Assembly (NCBI RefSeq): GCF_006345805.1
Contig: NC_043001.1
Span: 87,544,001-87,608,000, forward strand
Origin: Octopus sinensis
Lineage: Eukaryota
Direction: 5' to 3'
DNA length: 64,000 nt
Within the stretch, counting starts at the first letter, position 1. Every line of letters begins with the position of its first letter. The notes below the pieces were generated by a model that was not told the DNA's origin, ran no database searches, and was given only the letters and a program-made list of their open reading frames with translations. Made by a program: the position numbers and the translations under genes. This document shows positions 1 through 10,441 of the stretch, in pieces.

Positions 1-520
1 CAATCGATTTGAAGCTATATATGGCTATGGTATGTCCTCACTTAGAGTTTGCATCACGACTTTGGAACCCTTATTTTGCTCAGCGTATCAATCTCTGGGA
101 AACTGTTTAGAAACATGCAACAAGATGAATACCCACCATCAGACATCTACCATACTCTGAACATCTTGCTTCCTTGGTCATAAACACAGCAAAGCTCCAA
201 TGCCTAGCAAATGTCTTGGTAGACACCCCCAAAATTATCCACAATCTTTCCAACAACAACCTTAAGCACCTTTTTGAATTCTGTATGTCTAACACTCATG
301 GACATGTTTACAAAATCAAAAAACAACACAGCATCTATGATTTTTGGAAGCATTTTTCCATGCTCAGAATTGCTGAAGCATAGAGTAAACTAAACACATC
401 AATTGTTAACTATCAGGACACTGCATCCTTCAAACTTTCCTCGCTTCCTGAAATTTATTAACAGTACACCTGACGCCACCTTGATTTTCTTTTTAAATGA
501 CTCATTCACTGTTCACTTCT
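1..520 (+). mobile_element. Degenerate CR1/L2-clade LINE ORF2 C-terminal fragment (runs off window start)
   Basis: Broken translation LKLYMAMVCPHLEFASRLWNPY...TV*KHATR*IPTIRHLPYSEHL...SNTHGHVYKI follows the CR1-type pattern LYKxLVRPHLEYxxxxWxP...VQRRATKxIP...YEERL...TRGHxxKL; contains in-frame stops. Confidence 0.75.
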
Positions 521-3367
521 TGTGCATATCTGTACTGTTCATACACTTTTGGCTACTTTTTTTGGTGAGCTGTAGTTACCTAAGCACTAATAAATTCATC
601 ACTATTATTATTTACATCACTTTAAAATCCAAAGTTTGTATCAGGGAACTATGGACAGTCTCAGGTGGGTTAGTATCAGAAAAGTTAAATACAATATCAC
701 ATCACAGACATCTAGGTCTTTTGGATTTATATGTGCTTCATTACTAAGCAAAAACCATTTGAATCCACTCCAAGTTTTCATTTAACTGTGACATTCAGAT
801 ATACAAATTTTCTCCTATCTTTCTGCCTCCATATAAAAATGACATTGCAACTGGAGTGTAAACAATTTTAAACAACCAACACATTCTTCCTGCTTCTACA
901 AAATGTTGTGACACTTTGGATGTTGACAAAGAAATAACAATAATAAATAAATAAAAGAACATTGATTAAAACTAACCAGGAAAACAAGACCAACAATTAG
1001 TATTTTACAAAATAGAATATTTTATTAAAATATATATCATTGTTTTCAAAGGGATGGGAAGTTGCAACAACAAAAGTCAAGTACAATAAAAAAAAAAAAA
1101 GTATCTATCAGATTTTTAAAACCTCCCTCTACAGCTTACACTGCTGAGAGACTATTTCCATCCCCCACAACATTTATTAAAAGCATATAACAAATATGGA
1201 ACATTTGGTCCTTACAAAATTTGTTGCAGATGGACCATATGGAAGTTTAACATTTGGTGTAACTGTTATAAAACTTCAATGCCAGAGTCTAAAAAAACTA
1301 GTGATTGTCAATGTTAATACTATTGCTAAGCCCCAGATCCATCTCCATTGACTGAATAGATCTATGATCAAAGGCAAGCCATCTCTGATTATTCACATTT
1401 TCTTTTTTAGGGGGGCTAGTGTATCCAGTACTACATCATCTAATTTTTTTTTCTTTCTAAGACAGTAGGTGTAATTTGAGAGAAATTTGGTCGCTATTTC
1501 TAGAAGGTCAAGTAACCAGGTAAAGGTTCCTTTTTTTTTGGCCTAAGGAAACTAGCAGTGATCTGTAGTGGCAAAGATCAGTTTAATAAATATTAATGCT
1601 TATGTGACTTTTGCCCTTTTTGGAGAAAAGAAATAAGGATTAAGAACTCTAATTGAAATGTTAACATTTTTTTCTTCTCATGGTACATAAAAGTGTTTCA
1701 GTTTTGAAAACTTTATTAGATTACAGAAGTAAAAAGAGAGTAAAAACTAACACAGCTGTAACAGTGTCACGTTACTGAAAACTAAGTCTTTTGTTATTAA
1801 ATTCTCTCCAGAAATTTGAGTACCATTAAGTCTATTTAAAAAGGTTATTTATTCATTTAAAGCTGAAAATATAAAGACACTGCAAATGGGTGATGTCTAC
1901 TAAGTCAACCATTGCATTGTATGATAGCATGATGTCTATTTGCCAGCAAGAGGATACCAGTTTCAATCCCACTGCATGGCAATCTAAGCAAGCACCTTTT
2001 ACCATAACCATATAAAAAAAATTAGGTAATAGAAACTGTACGGAAGCCTATTAAGGAGACCATTCCTTTTCTTTCATTGTAGATCCCTACCATCTGGCCC
2101 CCTGTTTCCAACAATACAAAAAAATAAAATAAAATAAATCTTTAAAAAATTAAAATTTCTAAGGTTACAAAGTTTGGAGGCAAATGCTATCAATTTCATT
2201 GATAGAATCTTATTTTATCAACCCTGGACAATAAAGAGCTAAGTTAATCTCTGTAAAATGCAAACTCTTGAGTAAAGAGATGTAACAAGGGCACAAAATT
2301 ACAATTTTTGGTGTGTGTGTGTGTGTGTGTGTGTGAGAGGGGAAGAACAGTTGATTATGTCAATCCCACTATTTGAGTGGTTCTTATGCGAGAGCCAGCA
2401 AGATGAAATAATTGAGAAGGATTAGAGAAATATGCAAATGTTTTCCAAAACCATGTAAGGCTTTCAAGGAATGTTCCTTAGCTAATAAACCAAGTGGGAA
2501 AATAAATAGAATGCCAGTCTGTTGGTTTGATACAAACAGCTTGTCGAATTGAAGCCACATAAAATTCAGTACATAATCCAAAAGACAAGTGATGGATTTG
2601 GATTCTTGACACTTGAGCAGGTAGTTTGACACGAGATATATAGTGGTCACGTTGCTTCTATGAGGCGGGATGGGTAAGTGTTAATTATGGAACCTAAGGT
2701 TATACATGTATGTTTACGAAGGAGAAATGATGGTAGATAGAAAATTCAAAAGTAACAGAAATGTAATGCCATTAGAAGAACAGAGAAAGGGAGAGTTTAA
2801 TAGTGAAGCAGTGATTGGAGAATATTGATGAATGAAGGCTTTACTACCAAAGAAGGTATTGCAATTTTTACTCTTATCTGTATCAGATGGTACACATGAA
2901 ATGCAGCGACATAATCATAAATAGTTTTCTAGTGTAAAGGGAATATTTCGGATGTACAGGACCTGCAAATGATCCCACATTATTTCCCAAGAAATCTTGT
3001 AATACTAGCTCTGCAGAGGTGTGTGTGTGCGAAGCAAACAGGTTGGAAAAAAATACCATGAGATAGTTATTCCGGCCCTCTGCATTCTGAGTTCGAATCC
3101 CGTCGAGGTCAACTTTTCTTTTCTTCCTTTCTGGGTCAATAAACAAAATACCAGTACTTGGAGCGATTTTTCTTTCTCTATCTTTGTTGTCCCTAGATTG
3201 TACCTATAATTCAAAGGTGCAACCTTGTCATGCGGATTTCACCAAAGAATTACGTAATGGTTACATGTGTCTGTGGAATATTCAGTCATATACACTTTAA
3301 TTTCTCATTGAGGAATTCAGTTGGTTGAACAACTGAATGCATATAGTCGAGACAGAGAATCCATCAT

Positions 3368-3423
<56 letters not shown>

Positions 3424-3945
3424 TCATCATCATCATCACACACACACACACTTAACTTTACAAATAAAAGGTACAGAAATGTATGCGGGTCTTGTCTAAT
3501 TATGTATGGGATCCTTCCTAAATGCGACACACGACCTCACATAGTACAGTGTGTGTATATGAATAGCGTATGCGTGTATACACAATAGTGTTCTTGTATA
3601 CCTGTGTACATGTTACCATAAACACTAACATTTATCAGGCCAAACTGAATATTAACATTAACTATATATAAAGCTCTCCCACTCAAGCCGGATGTGGGTA
3701 CTGAATAATCCATGGGTTTTGTCTCCTCTAAGACTGGAAAAAAAAAAACACTGCATAAGAATGAATGCATATTCTTGAATATGTACAGCACATATTGTTA
3801 CTGTGTATACGTATATTTGGAAAGACTTCCTTTTGTCCGAGGGGTACAAAAGGAGTCTTGCCGTTATATTTATATGTATGAATGTAATCATACACACCTT
3901 TCTAAGTGGATACGAAAGTGAAAGAATCTTAAATACTAAATCCGC

Positions 3946-3998
<53 letters not shown>

Positions 3999-4229
3999 TA
4001 GTGTGTGTGTGTATGTAGAACAAAAATTGAATACATGATAAATCAACCCAAGAGAAGGCAAGTACTTGTTGCTGACTGGTAGACTACAAAAATACATGTT
4101 TAAAAACGAAGATAAAAACTTGAAATGATTAATTATAATTACAAAAATGAAAGAAAAATGTTCAAATACTTAAACAATTAATGAGGTATAAAAACTGTCA
4201 TGTTTACATAAATTCCATAGGTTTTGTTT

Positions 4230-5486
4230 TCAACAGAGAGGTTGTGTTTCTTGTTTAATTCCAGACACATCGGTCGTAGTTTCGGTCATTGTTGGCGTCA
4301 TGTCGCCTGGTGATGACATCTCAGCACAATTTGAATCTAGTAACTCTGGGTCGGCTTTCACGGACATTTTGCTACAACCCTGATCCGGATAGGAACTAGG
4401 ATTAGGTTCCACAGGGTCACTTGGATGTACATCGGACCTTTCATTGTCTGTCAAACTGGAGTGGACAGCGGAAGTATTTGCAACTCTGCAAGTTCGGTTG
4501 TTGTCGGAGAGAACTTGTTTCTGAAGACTGAGTACTAAAGCAACTAACTCTTCTTTCTCTAGTTGTAAAAGACTTTCTGTGGTCAGAAGTTTACCGAAGT
4601 TTGCTGGCTTGGAATGTTGCAATTCCTGGCTTTCGACTAAGCTACAAGATTCCATTCCTGACCACATTGATATATTATCAGGAAGAGTAAAACTCGTCGC
4701 GCCGTGTTCGACATTCCTTAAGTCTGAGGGGCAACCGGCTGCATACAAAGGTACCACTGCATCTGTAGAATTATCTATAGTCTCTAAACTGAAAGAACGA
4801 TTACTCAGTTTGGACGAAAAAGGTGTTTCAAAGTTGTTCGTTAACCAAGCACTTACCAATGCTGTACTTGACGTAGGGTCGGTTAAGTTCGGCTTTTCTT
4901 GAGGAGTGGATTCATTGGATACACTTCGAGTTTTATTAGATTTCAAATCAATTTTTTTCCATCTTGCTTTTCTTGCAGCCCTTTTCCTTGGAGGATTATG
5001 TTTAAATTTATTTTGTTGTTTGGAAGATTGTGCGTTTGTTGTGCGTTTATTGGCTGCTTTCAGGCGCTGCATCTTCGATCTTTTTAAAAGTTTCATTTTA
5101 TTTTTAGTAGAGGTTTTAACACCAGGTTTGGTTTTTTGGTAATTGTTGAAAGGTTTACGCAACGGAACTCTAAAATAACCAGAGTTATTGAGGGATGTAT
5201 GATGTACTGGAAGAGTAGGCGGCAATGTATTAATTATGTTTTGGTTATCCGAAGTTTGAAAACCATAATGCATCGAATGTGAAAATGAAGCGTATCCAAA
5301 TCCTATATTTTTTCCATTCCACGAATGTATATATGGACTGTTAATTCTACTGTTGGTAGAAGGTGGATGCCAATAATTAATGTTATTATTTGTGGGATAT
5401 CTTCGGACCTGGTTGGTATTATTATTGTTGTTCTCAGCGCTACTAGGAAGGACGAAGTTAAACCGATCTCCCGGACGACGATACAT
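4230..5486 (-). CDS. 418-aa single-exon ORF, uncharacterised; weak HEXIM-like similarity (basic region plus coiled coil)
   Basis: 1257-bp uninterrupted non-repetitive ORF in ~35% GC (estimated) DNA with ATG and TGA. Basic segment KHNPPRKRAARKARWKK and segment TTESLLQLEKEELVALVLSLQKQV. Coding status is well supported; the HEXIM assignment is only about 0.35. Confidence 0.8.
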   Translation of the reverse strand: MYRRPGDRFNFVLPSSAENNNNNTNQVRRYPTNNNINYWHPPSTNSRINSPYIHSWNGKNIGFGYASFSHSMHYGFQTSDNQNIINTLPPTLPVHHTSLNNSGYFRVPLRKPFNNYQKTKPGVKTSTKNKMKLLKRSKMQRLKAANKRTTNAQSSKQQNKFKHNPPRKRAARKARWKKIDLKSNKTRSVSNESTPQEKPNLTDPTSSTALVSAWLTNNFETPFSSKLSNRSFSLETIDNSTDAVVPLYAAGCPSDLRNVEHGATSFTLPDNISMWSGMESCSLVESQELQHSKPANFGKLLTTESLLQLEKEELVALVLSLQKQVLSDNNRTCRVANTSAVHSSLTDNERSDVHPSDPVEPNPSSYPDQGCSKMSVKADPELLDSNCAEMSSPGDMTPTMTETTTDVSGIKQETQPLC

Positions 5487-5860
5487 TGTACTGACAGTAC
5501 TAATTCTGCAACAAAACTATTTCGTCAGAATTTTTTATAGATCTCGTCAGTCGAATAACTTTCACTTCCCTAGAAACTTTAACTTTCACTTCAACTTTTT
5601 CTCAGTCTCACGTGTAAACTACGGAAACAACCGGAAAAGTTTCCGTAACGTTCTTCCTTTTCTTTTAAGAAATTATCGCTACTGTTTCATCTGTATTTCG
5701 CAGCGAATTCTTTATAAATTTTCTTTTTTATAGTCTGTGGATAAAATATAAGCGCATATAATGTTAGTTAAATCAACGTAGCCGCAGTGAAGTTACCCAT
5801 GATGCTGCGCGCTTGACCTTGTCAGTACTGTATTGCTACAGCTAATACATTGTACGAACC
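5487..5860. promoter_or_regulatory. Putative bidirectional promoter between the 418-aa gene (-) and IFRD1 (+)
   Basis: The two ATGs are ~500 bp apart and divergent. CpG retained and repeat-free. CACGTG at 5609, CCGGAA at 5631, Staf/ZNF143-like TTACCCATGATGCTGCGCG at 5793, Inr-like TCAGT at 5822. Confidence 0.6.
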
Positions 5861-5989
5861 ATGTGTATGTTCCTCACCAACAAAATCAACAAATTCTATT
5901 ACTTATATGAATCTGACTTCCATATACGCACGTCTGACCAATTAGTAAGATCTTTTAGCTATAGCAGGACACAACATATAGGAGAATAA
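5861..5989 (+). CDS. Upstream ORF (42 aa, MCMFLTNKINKFYYLYESDFHIRTSDQLVRSFSYSRTQHIGE*) of IFRD1
   Basis: ATG at 5861 has A at -3 (gaaccATG). Its stop TAA (5987-5989) shares its last base with the IFRD1 ATG (TAATG). Mammalian IFRD1 has a known regulatory uORF. Confidence 0.6.
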   Translation: MCMFLTNKINKFYYLYESDFHIRTSDQLVRSFSYSRTQHIGE

Positions 5990-6010
5990 TGCCCAAGGGA
6001 AAAAGAAAAA
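5989..6010 (+). CDS. IFRD1: IFRD1 coding exon 1 (MPKGKRK)
   Basis: ATG CCC AAG GGA AAA AGA AAA A|gtaagt; resembles the MPK-basic N-terminus of IFRD1; phase 1 matches exon 2. Confidence 0.8.
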
Positions 6011-9000
6011 GTAAGTTTTCTTTCGTAATTTTTGCAGGCGTGAGCATTTTGTGGCCAAAAAATGGGTGACCAGTTTGAATAATTCCTGACGTGTAAAGTC
6101 GTTCCCTGTCTTTGTGACCGCCTATGTCGGTTATTGACACCAGTTGCCGTGGCATGGCCGGCTTTGATTATTACAAATGTGGCGGGATTTCACATGATCC
6201 ACACACTCACCTCTTTCTCTCTCTCTCGCCTAAATTTCTTTTCATATTCTATTCCGTTACTACCGATACCGTTTGTCTTCACTATTTCTTATTCGTTATT
6301 TTTTTTCAAGTTACCATTGATATATATTAACACCCATGCCATATTAGTCGCTAAGAGGTTGTAATTAGTCATTAGATACACATTATCTCGGCTACATTTC
6401 TTACTGTAAATAAACAAATAAAATTATAATTGAATATATTAAATTTATTGTCCTGTAGCGAGGTATGGTTCTTAGCCATTTATCAGGTGATAATATATTT
6501 GGTGTACGTTAATCTATTTAGTGTGTGCTTAATACATTTAATGTACGAGCCAACGCGGGAGCCTCTGTGCGTTCATTCGGCTTGCTAGAAATATTAACTA
6601 AATCTTACTCAAATCGCACCCTATCGATCCATTGTCAAATTTATCCCCTGATATGCTAACAAAAAAAGATTGGTCACTCTGTAACGGTATGATCATAGGT
6701 CTACTCGATAAGGGCGGCCTGGGGCCAAACAACTGCTGTTGCGTGTAACGGATGTACGTATGCCCACCCCCGACTTATGTAAGACGTGATTATCTAATAC
6801 CGTAGAAGGTGATCCATAACTGAAAACCAACGTAATGTTTTGGTGACCCCACTCAGCTTTGTTTAGGTAGACTCAAGGTACATAGGTTAAATTATTATCA
6901 TCTAATAAAAGAAATTATATCTATGTCAAATCGGCTACAATTTCTAGCGGAGTTCTTTATGCAACCTTACGTATTCTTTATTTCTGAAATCATCCTTACA
7001 GTTAAAAAATAGAATAAAACGTATAAGTATTCTGTTCTTTATTGGTCAATCCCTTTTACTGAATGGGGGCCACGATTTCCGATGATTTAAATAAACCATG
7101 TGTCTCTGTTTGAGAGGCAATGGGGAGTTTATTGAAGGGAGAGTTTCGACCTGCGTGCTGACCAAGCTGGGCGATTGACAAAATCGTTGACACGCGTGGT
7201 CTATATTGAAAGGACTCTTGCTTAGACCCCACCTGGTCTAGGCATGGCCAACCTGTTTCGAGAAGTGGGCTGCATGAAAAATGGCTCATCATCAAGCGAT
7301 CCACACTAAAATAATTCAAAGTAATGCGGGCCGCATTTTGCCCATGACTGCTATAGACAATCTCCCAACATGTAGTGATGGACTCTTTTGATTACTATCA
7401 GTTAACTTATTGGTACACCTCTCTAGTTCCATGCTTCTGTTTTTATAATAATGTTTTTCAAGGCATCACGAACATATAAGGACATTGATTCCGTTATCTG
7501 ATCACAACCGCCCTAAGTCTTCCACCACCTACGCTGTCGCTCGCTCGGTTTAAGGACAAGCGGTCAAATTTCCTTGATTTATACCTTTCGATTTTAAAAG
7601 GGGACATATTGGCGCTTTTCGTTAATACTGCTATTCCCTCCTCTTAGAAACAGGTACAAAAAATAAAACATAGTATTTTATCCTCTGCTGTATAAATATT
7701 GACAGGTGTATTTGTAAACCAGTATATGAAACCAGGTTTCGGACTAACTATAGAATGAAATAATTTTTAGATTACCGACAGGTGACTAGAAATGCTTCAA
7801 GTACTGTACACTGGGTTCATCATAACAGTGAATGTATTTCACTGAGAAAAAGAGTGAAAAAGGTTTTCTGAATGAAAATTGAGTGTTATTTAATTATTTA
7901 TTGAAAATAGCTATCCAATATTAACATCTTTTAACTTAAATACCTGTTAAAATCCATCAAAAGCGGGTCTTATTTAAACGCAAAATTATTTGCGAAGATC
8001 CTGTTGGAATAATGGAAACGTCATCACATGGATGGCTTTAACAGTTGTTTGTTTCATAGGTGGGTGGCCTGTGAAGGTTGAGGCGGCGGCGGACAAATTG
8101 CCATGTGAAGTAAAATTAAGATCATTTTAAAACTTGTCCAACACTGACGAAGAAAGAATAACATGAGGACAATTTCTTTCTGTTTTGTTGTCACTTTCAT
8201 GACATTTCTTTAATATTGTTTTTGGGGAACGTGGAAACCACCACGTTATAGTGTCTTAGTCGGCTGTCTACTGCCCTCTACTTTCACGTTGGAAGATGAT
8301 CATTTTCTAATAATTTCGTTTTTTCTTCGCTCATGAAAGTACTAAAGAACAAAAATTTTAGATAGTAAGACTCTGCGTCCGTTGCCTTTTGCTGAAAAAG
8401 AGAAAAAAAAAAAAAAAACACGCACACGTCTAAGAATATTGGCGATGCATCTCAAGTTGTCTTTATCTGATGTCTACATTGTTGGTTAACTGAATTCCTC
8501 TGTTCCTCCCTAATAGTGCATCTACCCTAGCTAGTGCCCTTCATTAGCTGAGTGTATTTTCATTGTTCCACCCCTTTATCTCTGTTGCCCCCACCCCTGT
8601 TAACATGCGCATAGTTTTCTTAATTTTACCATTCTGGTTGATCGAACCTTCCTCTCCCAGATGGTGGTGGAAGTAGTTGACAACTCAGACTGTTGCATCA
8701 GCCCAAATGCCTACCAAGCAGTTAAAGCTATGTAACATTAACAGATGTTATCGTCAGAAATATGGCAAAACACCCAGTTTTCAGTAGCACTATATTGCCA
8801 ATAATAGTGATCTCGAAACAAGCACAAAACCACATGTGCAGTGAGTAGGATATAATCGTTTTGGCTGGCCCCTATGGACACAATAAGAAAGGAAAACAAA
8901 GTCGACCTTAGCGAGATATGAACTAGCAGTGCAAAACCATTTTAACTAAATATTGTAAGGCATTTTTTTTTTGTTGGGCGTTCTAGCAATAATAATTCTA

Positions 9001-9515
9001 ACTATAGTATAAAGGGAAGCGGCAAAGTTGATAAGGAAAATGCAGTATATAACCAATATTTATTTTTAAGGTCTTCTAACCTGGGTACCTTTATAGATCT
9101 GAAAGACGAACAACTTTTGGCAGGATTTGAATTTAGAAATCTAATATTAGTTTTCTTTTTCTTACGTCACGAAGATCTTGTATTTTAGGTGAAAGACATG
9201 GAATGTTGTGATACCCATGTAATTTCCCTCCAATGTGAGTGAAATTAGGTTCTAGGTCAGTCCTGATCGAGTAGGCTTATAGTCATAAAAGGAGTTCCAT
9301 TCAGGTTTTTTTTTTATTCAATGTATCTGATAGCATTAACCAGCACTTTCATACTTTATTTTTCGTCTTTTCCAAGGCAGTATGGTGTGATTCGCGGAAG
9401 ATTTAGCTGCTATTTCTAGAAAATTGAACGACCACGTTGGGGCATTTCACTGACTCTTTCCTGTCGTCTTGTAAAGTAGTTTCACACACACACACACACA
9501 CACATTATATATATA

Positions 9516-9563
<48 letters not shown>

Positions 9564-9731
9564 ACGAGAAGAGAGAGAAATACATAACTGCATTTAAAAA
9601 TTTTTTAATGGGAAAAAAGTTATAAAAATGGTTCAAATTTCGTGCATTGTACGGAGCTCTCAACCTTTGAGCCACTTTAACTTTCTGCCGATTAAAAAAA
9701 AGTTTAACCATGTATTGAGATTCGCCAATGC

Positions 9732-9770
<39 letters not shown>

Positions 9771-10065
9771 ACACCAAATGTAATGGCACGTCCTCGTATG
9801 GGTTAATCCAAGGCATCGGGAGTTTTTGGTGTCTATTTTAGTCAATTCCTTCTTAACCTGGCTTATTGCTTCTGGTTAATGGTGTTTCCCCACTTTATCT
9901 CCCAACACGTGACTCCCTATCTGTGACAGATGGAAACTTCATTTAAATAATTATATAATATCTAATCTAATGATTTATAAGATTCCAAAACTGCTCTCCC
10001 TGTACCGTTAAACGTATGCGAGTGTGTGTATATATATATATATACATACATACATACACTCGCGT

Positions 10066-10111
<46 letters not shown>

Positions 10112-10407
10112 ACACCAAATGTAATGGCACGTCCTCGTATGGGTTAATCCAAGGCATCGGGAGTTTTTGGTGTCTATTTTAGTCAATTCCTTCTTAACCT
10201 GGCTTATTGCTTCTGGTTAATGGTGTTTCCCCACTTTATCTCCCAACACGTGACTCCCTATCTGTGACAGATGGAAACTTCATTTAAATAATTATATAAT
10301 ATCTAATCTAATGATTTATAAGATTCCAAAACTGCTCTCCCTGTACCGTTAAACGTATGCGAGTGTGTGTATATTATATATATATACATACATACATACA
10401 CTCGCGT

Positions 10408-10441
<34 letters not shown>

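Noticed and set aside
2384-3146. - strand ORFs of 87-88 aa as extra exons of the 418-aa gene
   Set aside because: The 418-aa ORF has its own stop, these frames show no recognisable domain, and they are partly built from SINE sequence
4579-5733. + strand ORFs of 62-117 aa overlapping the 418-aa gene; likewise 57747-58946 over the SAM exon
   Set aside because: Antisense shadows of real coding sequence, with no independent motifs
8060-8109. Possible cassette exon in IFRD1 intron 1 (catag|...gaa|gtaaaa)
   Set aside because: Weak donor, phases incompatible with exon 2, and no IFRD similarity
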